NCBI RefSeq assembly: GCF_902459465.1
Contig: NC_047062.1
Coordinates: 16,864,001 to 16,928,000, forward strand
Length of the DNA: 64,000 nucleotides
Direction: 5' to 3'
Source: Asterias rubens
Lineage: Eukaryota
This document shows, one piece after another, positions 1 through 20,260 of the stretch. The notes under the pieces were generated by a model. That model had not been told where the DNA came from and searched no databases. It saw only the letters and a list, made by a program, of their open reading frames with translations. Within the stretch, counting starts at the first letter, position 1. Every line of letters starts with the position of its first letter. The translations under genes were made by a program, and so were the position numbers.

Positions 1-1731
1 CAAAAATATTGAACGTCAACAACTCCATTGTGGACACCAACCTTGTCCATCATAACACAACCTTGCCTTATTTGGACAAACAGGTTTGTGAATGATCATT
101 TTGGAAACCACATCTGGAGTGTCCTACATAATTATCCATAGGACTTTACTATATTATATTGTGAATTTTGGAGTGAAATCAACCCCAGTATTTGAACAAG
201 CAAAAAAGACCATTCTTAGAAATGAATAAGTGGTTTCCGTGTGGGGGGGGGGACAAATAAACAAAAAAATATAATCAAAAACAATACAATTTTTGTAACT
301 GAGGGCCTCCATGGAAAGCGATGCTGGGTGCTGATCGGAGTTTAACCTCACTAAATATGACATAAATAAAATACCTTTTTTTAAATTTATTTTTGACTGA
401 ATGGGCCTTTATCATACACTTTGGTAGTACATGTATGTGACTATCACATGTATGCAATGTACATGTATGCATTAAAACTGCTTTTGAGCTCTACAATCAA
501 CCATAGGGGTTCAAAGGGTCGTGTTCATTTGTGCGCATTGGCTTCCACACACCAACCATCACGGAAATAAATTAAGGCAAGAAGACTTCCTGTATAAAAT
601 AATCTTCCCAGTTTTCATCTTTCCAATTAGCTTCTTTCTAATCTATCAAATTTTCTATCCTCTGGCCATGCAAGTGTAAGGCTGCAGAGACATACACAGA
701 GTGCTTGTGATTGTACTGCTTGAAAAAGATGTTATTTGCAAATGCAGCCATGTCACACCAGGCTGTCCTTAGACGTTGTTGTTTTAACTACTAACAGACA
801 CAGCTGTAATGCTTTCAATATCCACTTTATTAAGGCATGGGTGTATAATGTATTCTAAATATTGCATCCTAATGATTTCATCATGCACTTCAAGTTTATT
901 TAAAACACATATCATCATATCAACTTTTAATCATTGCCAGTTTCCCCACACACTTATACCTTATGCCGGCCGCTCAATGCAATTGGTGTTTTTTAAAAAC
1001 AAAACCCCCAAATTGACAGTCACACAGGAAGTAAATCATGCCATTAGAGCGACTTCATCGTTCGGCAAAGAATTGTGTCCATGGCAACCTCATCCTCAAA
1101 CTGTAAATGGGGGCACGCGGAGCGACTTCATTTCAAAATTATCAAATAAGTGCTGAATTTAGCTCACCATAACCACATGGCGACAAAACTACATGTAGTA
1201 GGGTTTTAAACTTTGCACTTGTTTGTGGAGATACAATCTAGTAGTGTATGCGATAAATACCACACAATGTGCATGAAACATAGCATGCTGTGCTTCTGTT
1301 CTGGAAAAAAGTGATGATGCCATATGACGTCTGTACTGTACTTTAGATTAGACGTCAAGTCCAACGTGTTATTTAGTTAAAAAGTAAAAAATAATGTGTT
1401 AGGAACTTTTTTAAGCGGCTATGAACTTTTCACTAAGTTCACCTCATAGTGATTAGAATCAATACATAAATTTGTCTCCACACTATGCAAATTTGGACGA
1501 ATGATACTGTAACAGCACAAGCCAGATAAAATATTCAGTGTGGCAACAAAATTATGATCAGAGTTACTGAACCATTCACTAATAATTTGCTATTCTGAGA
1601 AATTTTAATTGCACGCTTACATTTAACTAGCCGATAATATTTTCCCAAACTGAACAAGCTGTACCCTCACCTTTAAATAATATCCTAACCACACATGAAA
1701 CACAGCATACTCCAATGAAATTTCCAGTTAA

Positions 1732-2109
1732 AGACAGTGGACACTATTGGTAATTGTCAAAGACCAGTCTTCTCACTTGGTGTATCTCAAAATATACATA
1801 AAATAACCAACCTGTGAAAATTTGAGCTCAATCGATTGTCGAAGTTGCGAGATAATAATGAAAGAAAAAACACCCTTGTCACACGAAGTTGTGTGCTTTT
1901 AGATGGTTGATTTCGAGACCTCAAGTTCTAAACTTGAGGTCTCGAAATCAAATTCGTGGAAAATTACTTCTTTCTCGAAAACTAAGTCACTTCAGAGGGA
2001 GCCGTTTCTCACAATATTTTATACCATCAACTGCTCCCCATTACTCGTTACCAAGTAAGGTTTTGTGCTAATAATTATTTTGAGTAATTACCAATAGCGT
2101 CCACTGCCT
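1732..2109. mobile_element. Kolobok-like MITE family A, full copy
   Basis: TTAA on both flanks. TIR AGRCAGTGGACACTATTGGTAATT. Internal hairpin GATTTCGAGACCTCA...TGAGGTCTCGAAATC. TTAA target sites with RR...YY termini are characteristic of Kolobok. Confidence 0.8.
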
Positions 2110-3292
2110 TTAAATGTATGATTACTGCACCAGTAAACAGATTGTGCTTTATGTAGGATCAGGCATAACACCATCGGAATCCAACAGTTTGGGTGTTGGG
2201 TTTCCCAGTTCAGTGGTTATACTGCAAGGTTGTGAGTTCGAATCCAATCACGCTATCCGCTGATTTTTCAATTATAATAGAATTTAAGTATTGTCGTCTA
2301 GTTACTGTTATCACAACTTCTTGAATTGTTAGTGCAATTCATAATCATAGACGATAATCAAATGTTTGTATGAGAGAGATTAGCTGCTGCCACCTTGGTG
2401 AATATCTATTTGTGGGAGTTTGCCGAGTTCCTTTGTAATCATGTGACTACATGCAACCACATGATCTACGGCCATGACACGGGGAATCTGTCCATTTTGA
2501 AAGTGATATTATAAGGGGTTTATCATGATCAACATTGTTTTTTCTATTCTGGACTTCAAAACATCAATTTGAGTGACGAAAAACAGACTTGTGATTCATG
2601 AGTACAATTAAATGCAGGATGTTCCTGCACACCCAAGATCCAAAATGGGCCATGACATTAAAGACTGTAGCCTACAGTGTAGGATGTCAAACAAAAAACT
2701 AAGAGAGCACAGCACCGCAGTTACACTACAGTACCTGCCTCAGTGTAGTATGGCCATTCAGCAAAATCAAATGTTACAGTATTATTTTATTATGTCTCTA
2801 TTTCTGATGACACAGTAAGTTACTGGGGCACTGTACTCCTTTTTCGTACTATACTACGAGGCAAGCGCCTCAATGAACTTCCCAAATAATAAATATTGAT
2901 GATTTTTAAGTCAATACTGAACTCGGTTGACAGTTTATATTAAAGATCGGTTCCGGTCTCTGAAGTAAGTGGGCATGGCCAGACAAGCATATTTGAGCTG
3001 GATTAACAGCAATGTAACTTCGACAGGGGAAAAGGTGTGCAAGAATGGTGTGCAAGAAGTACAGGAACATAATTATTATAACACAATAATATAATAATTA
3101 CAGTAAAAAAAACTTACAATACATGTCACTTCAGCCAGCTTTGACCATTGACATTCAAGTCTTCGTTCAGATTTGACAATCATGCATAAATGTATTATTA
3201 TTAACAAAAATAGGCTATGCCCATCAGTCCCATGCCCATCTCATCTCACACATTTTCTATTCTTGTTTTCTTGCTTATATTTTGTTGAGTAA

Positions 3293-4446
3293 AGGCCCAT
3301 TCGCACGAGCGCTGCAAACGAGGGTCCCGTGCGATTTCATAACATCGATGTTATGAAATCGCAAATCCACGTCGTGTGAATGCTATGTATGTTACGAAAT
3401 TACCTGGGTCCCGTGTTGTTCATAACACAGATCGAGACCTCCTCCAAAAAATCGCATCGATGTTATAATCACGGGGAGCCATCGTCTGAACCGAATGCCT
3501 ACGATCGTAATGAGGGACCGCTGCGTTGACACGTGAAGAACTATGGAGGAAGAAATGGGCGAACTATAGCATGCATATGTACATGTACATACATGTACAT
3601 GTATATCTGCTCAACGCTGGACTACGATCCGTTTGGCTGGTGGGTTTTGTGGCCGGATGCTAGACCAGCCCAAACCTTGAAGCAAAAACATTGTTCAAAT
3701 GGAAGCAGAATACGTCATTTGGCAAAGCTTTTCGATGTTTTAATTCACCATTTGTTATGTCTCATCAATAATTTCATATCTAAAAAACATTTTCATTCAA
3801 CAATGTAGCGTTTTTATCGTCCAAAAATCTATTTGAATCATGGAATTTTGTGTTTTTCTTCGACTCGATCATGACTCGACGTTGCTGGATCGCTGCATTT
3901 CAAGACAAGCTCAAACCTTGAAGCAAAAACATCGTTCAATCGCAAGCAGAATACGTCATTTGGCTAAGCTTTTCGATGTTTTAATCCATTATTTGGTATG
4001 TCTCATCAATAGTTTCATATCTGAAAAGCATTTGCATTCAACAATGTAGCATTTTTAACGTCCAAAAAGCTATTTGAATCGTGGAACTTTGTGTTTTTCT
4101 TTTTTTAGCTTCGAAAACGTAACCCCCTTCCCGCCGGCCGACGGGATGAGAGTTACGTTATCGCAAATGTTTTTAAAATATTCTACATTTTATGTGACTT
4201 AACTGATTTCAATGAAATTGATTTATTTTATTCCTTTTAACTGTAAGGTTTTTGTTTTAACTCAAGCCTCTTGCTTGTAGACTTTTGTCCATGCAGTAGG
4301 CCTACCCAAACGAGGGACGTATGTTTACATGTGTGTGTGTGCATGTCGTGTGAATGCTCGCTAAAAAATCGCACGCGGTAAAGGTGACAGACGGCTGGCG
4401 CCCTTAACCAGGGACCCGCGTTTGCAGCGCTCGTGTGAAAGGGGCT
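3293..4446. mobile_element. Non-autonomous PIF/Harbinger-like element, 1154 bp, with an internal tandem duplication of about 240 bp
   Basis: TAA on both flanks. TIR of about 35 bp: AGGCCCATTCGCACGAGCGCTGCAAACG versus CGTTTGCAGCGCTCGTGTGAAAGGGGCT. The internal repeat (about 3665-3880 and 3905-4100) explains the near-identical ORFs 3533-3808 and 3840-4049. Confidence 0.8.
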
Positions 4447-4454
4447 TAACTTAC

Positions 4455-4950
4455 CAGCCTACCCTACCCTACTCACTATCCTTCACTATGCCCGAGCTCG
4501 GGCTCGCTTGTGTGATAAGTTTTTACTTCGTCAATAAACAACATTCAAAATAGAAATGACCAGACGACAGCAGACTGGACGGAAACGGAACTAGTTCTCA
4601 CTGCTGCAAATTATTGTAAGTGTTAATCTTTTCAGAAATCAATAAAACACATTCAATTTCAAATTCTTACCGAGTAGAAGTTGATGTTTATTAAGACGGA
4701 ATCAAGTTCTACAACACTGTGAATTCATTCTTCAACACATTTCCACAGACTTTGGCTCGACGAATGGAAATTTATAGCACTATCTAGCAGATTCCAGATT
4801 GAAAAACTACAGTCGAAACACACACGTACTGAACATTCGCTGGCTTTCCACAATAATAAGTGCAGAAATAGTTAATGGCATGCGCAGCGTACACACCGGA
4901 AGCAGCGGGTACCTACCATTTTATTCGTCCTTAAGTTGAGTGGTTCCCAG
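4455..4950 (-). promoter_or_regulatory. Promoter and two 5' non-coding exons of a gene or lncRNA continuing leftward
   Basis: Donors at 4670 (CG/GTAAGA) and 4454 (CTG/GTAAGT), with acceptor TTTGCAG at 4604-4605 giving a 67-nt intron. Upstream are NRF1-like GCATGCGCA and ETS-like CCGGAAG sites near 4880-4900. The exon holds only a 22-codon uORF and no coding continuation was found. Confidence 0.4.
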
Positions 4951-5444
4951 TGTTATTATCGTGGTTTGGAATACACAATAGTTTGCTTCTCCAGACTACT
5001 AATAATTGACTTTGAGCAATAGAGGTCGCCCTAACAGTTTTTGACTCCGGTAAATGACGCGTCGTCTGCAAGGTCGTCACTTGTGTTGTGTTTGTCCTTT
5101 ATTAAACAGAATATCGGTAGAATAACGAATTGTTTTCAAAATTCTCTAAATGTTTGCAGTGCTGGTTATTCTATCTGTGTTTTTTTTGAAAGGAACAAAT
5201 CTGCAGCTTGCTTTAGTATTTGTCATTACATAGCCAAACAACAATTATAGTAACATTCAATTCATTGTACTTACTTGAATTGAATCAACTCAATCCCATC
5301 GCCTACCTGCCATGCTACAAATTCATGTGTATTTTCAAACTAAATTTAGACTTGGGGCTCTGCGTTCAAATAGCTCCAAGGTCCATGCAAACATGGCTTT
5401 AATCCTCACTTTAAAACATCATGCACTCTCTCATTTTACAACAC

Positions 5445-5780
5445 TTTTGGTACAGAATTCGCAGATTTACAAATAATTTTAGGTTTACAGAAGGTAATGG
5501 TGAAAGACTTATCTTGAAATATTATTCCATGAAATGCTTTACTTTTTGAGAAAACACGAAAACAATATCAATTCTCGATAGTGAGAATTACCGATTTATT
5601 ATAAACACATGTCATGACACGGCGAAACGTGGGGAAACAAGGGTGGGTTTTCCATTATTTTCTCCGACTCCGATGACCGATTGAGCCTAAATTTTCACAG
5701 GTTTGTTATTTTATATATAAGTTGTGGTACACAAAGTGTGGGCCTTGGACAACCCTGTTTACCGAAAGTGCCCAATGGCT
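5445..5780. mobile_element. Kolobok-like MITE family B, left end eroded
   Basis: Near-identical to 44050-44416; ends CCAATGGCT followed by TTAA. Confidence 0.75.
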
Positions 5781-6664
5781 TTAATATACAATACAAGACG
5801 GTTCAGCAGGTTCTACAAATATCTGTTAGGCACACAAGTTATAATCAGCATCAAAGTATCTTTTTGGGGGGAAAATGGGACAAACTTACAAAATATTGAA
5901 ACTTAAAAACCACACATGTCAATACATTCAATTTAAAATGTTATCTTACATTTTATTTTACAATAAAACTCTCTCTTACAATTTTACAAGTATACATCTA
6001 AGTAATTACCTCAAACTTAATTAACTAAGCAGCAGCAAGCACACGTCAGACACATTTAAGACAAATGGTGTAACTTGTTTTAACAAAAGTATCTGATAAA
6101 AAAGTAATCTTTATCAATATTCAGCTCCTCGCTGGAAATCATTATGTCCCCCCTCCCCCAATTTTATTCTTTACTCAAACTCATGGTTAATACTATTAGT
6201 TATCACAAAAGCACAAGTGGAATACGGAAAATATGGTGCGTCTGTGTCCCATATCCACCGACGAGGTCGCTTTCTCACTATATTTTCCGTTTCCCATGAG
6301 CACGCATATGATAACAAGTTTATCTTCAAGCAAACTTGACCTGCAGCGTTGTGTAAAAGGCGGTTTTAGGTGTAGCTGAAAAATAGCGAAATAGGCAGAG
6401 TTAGAACAGCGCAATTAGTACCAACCCAATTTTGTATAGCACTTTTCACACCCGGAGGGCATCTTAAAGCGCTTCACATTATTACCCCTGGTCACTGGGC
6501 CTTAAATCACTCCTTAAACCATCTCAACTCCCTGGTGGGGAGTATGCAGCCTGAAGTAGGGTGAGATACAGGCAATTTAGGTTTACATCACACCTCTTGT
6601 TGCTATGGGTCCACCAATCAGAATCAAGGATTCAAGTTAGTTTGAAGATAATAATTACTACCAT

Positions 6665-6842
6665 AAAGCCCAGTTCATACTTCCTGTGAATGTGATACGA
6701 ATTTTGACATCACAAATTCACAATGAATAATTCACAACAGTTGAGTTGTGCTGAACTCCTGCAAACAATCGCTGCGAAAACAGCTCTGTGATGTCAAAAT
6801 ACACTTCGCATTCGCATTTGCTGGACGTATGAACCCAGCTTT
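6665..6842. mobile_element. Harbinger-like MITE
   Basis: Inverted ends AAAGCCCAGTTCATAC and GTATGAACCCAGCTTT; a related eroded copy lies near 55655-55770. Confidence 0.55.
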
Positions 6843-8163
6843 AGAGTCATCTTCAGTAAATGAAGCTTGTGATGTACAAGTATAAGTGCAAGGTGTAATT
6901 AGAACCTTTTCTCTATGTTTTGGTGGACGGAGACAAATTCTGCAACGACGCTGGGATCACTGTTAATGTACACACAAATATTGTAACTTGGGTTAAAGTT
7001 TCAGTTTTGCCTGAACCTAAAATAAATACCCTGCATAAGTTTACAAAGTAATAAATGCATGGGCATCACACACAAATATTAAAAAAGATATAACATTTGT
7101 TATCAGATGAGTTTAACAAGCTAAAGAAAGAACCACACAAACGGTCCTGCTTTATAATAACGATTATCTTTGGAAGGAAAATTTGTGCATACAAGTCAGA
7201 CAGATGGTACATGTGACTGATGCCAACTTTAATTTGGTAAGCATAATTTGGTGATGTGCTTAGCTACTTTTAGTGCACAAGCAGCTTTATGAAAGTGGGC
7301 CCATGTGAAACTAGTAACAAGCCATTTTCGTCTTCTTTTTTTGACTGGAAGTACAATTTTGTACCGTGCTTTGTTTTCAAAAGTGTTCTGAAATTGACCC
7401 ATATGATATGTACATTTGGCTTGGAATGTGAAAGCAATTCTTTTTCATTGTGACCCTTTAGCTAGCCAGTACACTTGAAAATATATAACTATGGTCATAC
7501 CATAAATATTCTCTCAAAAAATATATTGCGTCTTTGCGTCTTTCTTAGTTATACCCATTTTAAATGCACCTTAGTAATGCTAGCGGGTAAACACAAATAT
7601 CTAAAAACAATCTTGTTATACTAGACTTGATTATGTCCCCAAAAAGAGTAATTCTCATTTACGATTCATGCTAAATATATTAGAAATATTCATCTCTTAA
7701 TCATGCTGGTCAAGCAACTTTAGTAGAAGGTGGCATGCAATCTTAAAGACAGTTACTGTTGTGACTCCCAACCAATTCTTTGTTTTCGTTTTCCTGGTGA
7801 ATATGCCAAAGATGGATTAAGAAATATTCTTTCATTGCATCCAAAATTTCACACTGTAAAGCAGAATATCTAAGTTTGTTGACCTTTACTGTACCTTGTA
7901 CGAGGATTGATTTTAATAAAAGATGATACCCAACAACTTTTCCTGAAAGTTAGATTTTTTTTATTCATGGTGAAATCAAGATTGTTATCTCAGCAACTGT
8001 CTTCTGTAATTACTCACTTTGGGCCGGTAAACCTAAACAACACATACATCTAAGCATAGAAACAACAAAGCAACAGAGAAAGCAACACTAGAACAGACTG
8101 CATTGGTTTCAAGAGAGCTGTGCTGGAAAACACATGTTGTGGACGGTTAACCGGCGCAGTATG

Positions 8164-15148
<6,985 letters not shown>

Positions 15149-17479
15149 TGCTCAGGGTTGGTCTTTTCATCGAATACAGCAGTTATGTCATCACAATCGT
15201 CCACGTTTCCTCAACATAAGAGCGATACAATTGGTCTAACAGTTTGAATAGCACCTTCTTACTGCATATAACCCAGTACCAATTAGACACATGAAGCAAC
15301 TTCGTGAACTGCTTTAATATAGTACTATGTTGAACGTCCCAAGCCTATGCAGGAAATGTGACTGGAGTCTATATGCAGAGAATACTTCGCAGCAGACCAG
15401 TTGTTATCTGTTGTAAAACTGACTAAACCTACACCATAGGTGAAGACCACTACTCCATGACAGTGTATAGCGGAACCACTCACTGACAACCATCACTGGA
15501 TCAATACCACTGGTGTACTCATTCAGGGGATGTTCCCATTCATGTGGAACCGTCGCTATTGTTGACTCTTTCATTATTAACTCCTTTATCATGCACCTCA
15601 AATGGGCGGTGGTTGTACTGAAAAACATAGATCAAACTGTTGTTTGTACAAACTGAGTGACCTTGTACAGTCCAGTGCCTTTCTGGGCAGGCAAAATGCT
15701 ACGGAAAATTTTACATTTTGTGTCATAATTTCCACATAAATTCAAGAGTTACATATTAAAAGCTGAGTAAATATTTTGTTTACATCCTCAAGTTTCCAAA
15801 CAAACGTGTGAAAATATCATGAAATATTAAGTTTGTAACTGTATGTGTAAATGACGGCTTATGTTTTTTCTAGGTTTTTATTCCTCGGTCAAATATTGTT
15901 AACTAAACTGCCGTAACTGGCAGATAAAGGTTGTATGGCTTGTTATTGGCACCCCCCCCCCCCCCAAGAAAAAACAAAAAAATTTTAATAATAATAAAAT
16001 ACAAAAATAAGGAGTCCGCCAACTCAGCGGCAAGGCTCTTTCTTATTTTGATGGACGTAGCTCTGAAAGTCTACAGTTTGTAGAAAAAGAAAACTGAACT
16101 TAAGATGTCGCTGCAAATTTACCTTTTTATTTCAGAAGCTGGACAAAATTATAATTTTCTTTTTAAAAAAGAACCCTGTGGGGGAGTGGTTAATATTTTT
16201 GAATATTTATCATTTAACGTGGGTTGCCAGAGTATCGATTAAATATAATGAAACCATAAATGCTCTGAGAGAATTTCATTCAATTGCATTTCTGCATTTA
16301 CTCTGATACATTTATCAACCCCCTGCCGGTATATCCTACTACAGTTGCTTTAGTTCACCCCTTGCCCTTCCGCTAATTGAAATAAATTGCCCTCCCGCTC
16401 TAACCATTTAAAAGCATGATCATGAATCTATAAATATTTAGCGGACTTGAGTGTCCCCTGACTCCAGATTGTTTTTGTTACTATTTTTATTAAAGGAAAA
16501 CAGGAAGAGCTGGAATTTTGACTAAAGTGGAGAGATCTGGTAATAATTTCAAAGGCTACCGCTACTACATATCTGCATTTATGCAAATAACTTAAACAGG
16601 TTGGATGAGGTGTATATTCTCCAAATCTTTCTTATCTAGCTTACGGCGTGCGTTTTTTCTGCAACCTCAAAGTTTTGGACAGCTTATTTATATCCACTCA
16701 GACATTCCATTGTGCAGAGTGCAACTACATGTATACATGTACTATATTTCCCCTGTAAAAAGAGGATCAGAAGGCACTGGAGTCTGTGCTTGTAATCTCC
16801 CTTTTAACCAGGAGTTATTGTGTAATCCATTTTTGTGTACAGTGCCCCCTATTAGAGCTCCTCTGTGATGAATATTTCTACTACGTTTAAGAATGTCTTC
16901 TCTTTCTGTATGGAAGTATATTTTTAATGGTCTTAAATCACCACACCTACATACCTACAATGATTTCAATTATTGTAAACAAAATAGATATCATATATGT
17001 CGTAATTTTCACTCAAGTGTTTGTTTCCTGAATATTAATTCCAGTTATGGTTTACATGGCATGGTTCACATATACAAAGACTTTTAGAGCTCCTTCTTCA
17101 AAGACATTGATACATGTATGTGGATGTAAATAAACGTGAGAAAACAAAAACACAGAGAGACTCGTCTTGGGGCAATAATAGTAAATCTTCAGTGTGGTTA
17201 ATGCGCCCTATACTGACCGAACTGTAGCATAGGGAATGTGTATTGATCATGACACAACACACCACCATTAGTCAACCTTGACTGGCTATCTCATTAGAAA
17301 CAAGGCCTAATTCCATAGAGGTGCTTGCAGCAGAAAATGCGGCTTTACAAGTCAGCCCTTTCATGGCATCATCATCCTAACACAAACATTTTGGTTTCTT
17401 AAAAGTTTTAGGGGTATATTGAGGACATTTTTCCATTTTAAATTTCAAATACATACTACATTGTACATGGTTGTGATTA

Positions 17480-17870
17480 ATGTCCTATCTCGTCCTCTTT
17501 TAACACTTTTATCGTGTTTTTTACGGCAAAACAGCTAATCTCTGTACTTGCTTTTCTCAATATGTAAGTTTTTGAATTAGCCTCTTTTGCTATGGAAGGG
17601 GCGAAGTGTTTTGCTTGCAAAGCCAAGTGGGAACCAGGCGAGGACAGTACGTGATATTGTATATTGGCTGGTAAACTGATTCCTTCTATAGACTTCCTCA
17701 TTATTTACACCAATGCATCTTAGAACAGCCAACTGAAACTTACTTTCAATGTATGCATTTCGTCCAGGGATTCACAAAAAGATTCATGTAAAATAATATC
17801 TTCTTCAGAGTTGGGTAGAGACCGAAAGATATTCGACTTTGATTTATTGTTTCCAATGTACAATAATTGT
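17480..17870 (-). mobile_element. Possible degenerate LINE endonuclease (EEP domain) relic
   Basis: Broken frames read NIFRSLPNS...FCESLDEM, VNNEEV and IQYHVLSSPGSHLAL, loosely like APE-domain IYRSPNS and TN..E...PLG.SDH motifs. Frameshifted and weak. Confidence 0.3.
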
Positions 17871-17883
17871 ACACTCCTTTTAA

Positions 17884-18235
17884 AGACACTGGACACTATT
17901 TGGTGTATCTCAACATATGCACAAAATAACAAACCTGTGAAAATTTGAGCTCAATTGGTTGTCAAAGTTGCGAGATTTGAATGAGGTAAACAACACCCTT
18001 GTCACACGAAGTTATGTGCTTTCAGATGCTTGATTTCGAGACCTCATCAAAATCTAATTCTGAGGTCTTGAAATCAAATTTGTGGAAAATTACTTCTTTC
18101 TCAAAAACTATGTAACTTCAGCGGGAGCCATTTCTCACAATATTTTATACTATCAACTTCTCCCTATTACTCATTACCAAGTAAGTTTTTCTGCTAAAAA
18201 TTATTTTGAGTAATAACCAATAGTGTCCACTTCCT
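17884..18235. mobile_element. Kolobok-like MITE family A
   Basis: Same TIRs and body as 1732-2109. Confidence 0.8.
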
Positions 18236-19502
18236 TTTTAAGGAAACAGAAACAGTAACATATCTCATGCTTTTAAAATAAATTGTTTTGTCAGGGCAGA
18301 TTGGTCAAAGAGCACCACAGATAATTCCCACTTGACGACGCACAGTGTCAAGTCCGCCATATTAACGAGCAATGATAAATCATTGTTTTGAACGCAAGAT
18401 TCTGTGTTAGGCGTAAATATCACCTGCAGCATGCTTGACCCGATTTCATGGCACCGCTTACCCTGGAATTCTGCGCTTACGGCCCCTAAAACCATACGCT
18501 TTACAAGACGCCGTAAGGGCAGAATTCTCTGGTAAGCAGAGCCATGAAATTGTGGCCAGGAGTTTGATCAAATTCCTTGCATGGTTGGTTGATGAACCAC
18601 TCGACTGAGTAGAACAGTTTAGAACGCTTGACACAGCTCAAGCCCAAAAAGTGAAGTTGCCTAGATCCAGAACTATTTATTCCAGATTTGCTGCAGGACT
18701 TCTTCATAATGCAGAATAGTTATTATACTCTAAATTATACTCTATTTAACACTGTTAAGATATATATAAGATTCTTTAACGCCGAATCCAAATTGTATTT
18801 AAAAAAAAAATTGTTTAATGCATTTGTGGACTTCATACAAATGGTTTAAAAATGGTAAAGGATGCTCAATTTAGGTTTTCCAGTTTGCCTGCTACTCATG
18901 ATATTCAATAAACCAATGATATTCAATTCACGAACGAAAACATTGATATTAAACATATTCAATCTGACAACAATTGATTGCTGTTCTAAAGAAACATTGA
19001 TTAGATTGCTTTAGAAGAGCAGTTCGACTCAACAACATTGTGTCAATTTGTTTGGAAAAAGGTGAGAGAGAAGAAAATGTCACACAGACCATCCAGTATG
19101 AAGACATTCTAAAATTGTTTTTTTCTTTCTTCCATAAATAAACAGCTGCAATAAGAAAGCCTGTGTGTGTGCTCAAAATAGAGATTCTTCACCTGATGTT
19201 ATCATTTATTGAAACTCTATCTAAGATGTTCGTTTCAATTCAATAGAATGAGACTGGATAAACAGCTCAGTTTCTTACCGCTCTGTTGTTCAATAAAACT
19301 TGAATTGGATTCTGTTTCGTTCCCGTATTTTGTTACACTTAAAATACTGCCACAATTGGGTACACAATTTGGCCAGCCACGTTGAATGAGTATACAATGG
19401 TTACTGGTTGAACATTCAGATTGAATATTGAATGATAACCACAGTTTTATATTCTCAAACTTTTTACGATTTTTTTAATCATGTTTCTTGGACTTTAGGG
19501 TG

Positions 19503-19546
19503 TGTGAATGAATGAATGAATGAATGAATGAATGAAGGAATGAATG
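19503..19546. repeat. (TGAA)n microsatellite
   Basis: Direct reading. Confidence 0.9.
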
Positions 19547-20119
19547 ACTTGGTATGTCAACAAAGAAAACCGAAGAAAGAAATTTTGGTAAAAAACTATG
19601 ATTAAAAAAAAATTATTTTAGTTTTTCTCTCAGGTCATGTATGATTTATGACAATATTAACTCATCTGTAAAATTAATTACTGGTAACTTGGAACAAGAC
19701 GTTACATTTTGTTATGAATTATCAAAGTAAACACAAAAAACAATTTTTCTTTTTCTTTTTCTTCTCAAAAATAACTGGTGTCCAGATAAAGTAAAAAGAA
19801 CCATTCATGTTCACTGTTCCAAAAACTACTATTATTAAGCATTAAATTTCCTTGTGAATTTAGTTCATTTAACATAATTTCTCTGCAAATTTTGTCGTTT
19901 AAGTGATGCTTAAAAATGACCTTTTCCTTTAAGACTTCCCAATTTCAATTACGCCAATAAATTGAATTAATTACAGACTTAACCTCCGATTGAAAAGTTT
20001 CTGAATCGGTTCTACACTTTCCTAAATTTCACAAGCATGCAAGCATGAAAAGTGATTATGGGAGTCTACATCACGTAAATCACCAAGAAGGGGGCTCTGT
20101 GCTTGCCATTAATAGTAGT

Positions 20120-20260
20120 GATTCATTGGTTATGACGTCAAACGCTATACAGGCAAGTAACTGCCATTTGGGTTGCGTCCTATAGCTCATACAGGAAGAC
20201 ATCCATACTTGGTTGCCAAGGAAATACAACAACGGGGTAATGGTTACTATTGGCCAAGAA
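20120..20260. promoter_or_regulatory. Promoter-like motif cluster
   Basis: Perfect CRE TGACGTCA at 20133-20140, CCAAT boxes (ATTGG) and an RFX X-box-like GTTGCCAAGGAAAT at 20212-20225. A strong minus-strand donor near 19277 could be a 5' UTR exon of the glutaminyl cyclase gene. Confidence 0.35.

Noticed and set aside
1889-2071. Short ORFs reading CAFRWLISR... (also 23085-23297 and 54417-54617)
   Set aside because: They lie entirely within family A MITE copies.
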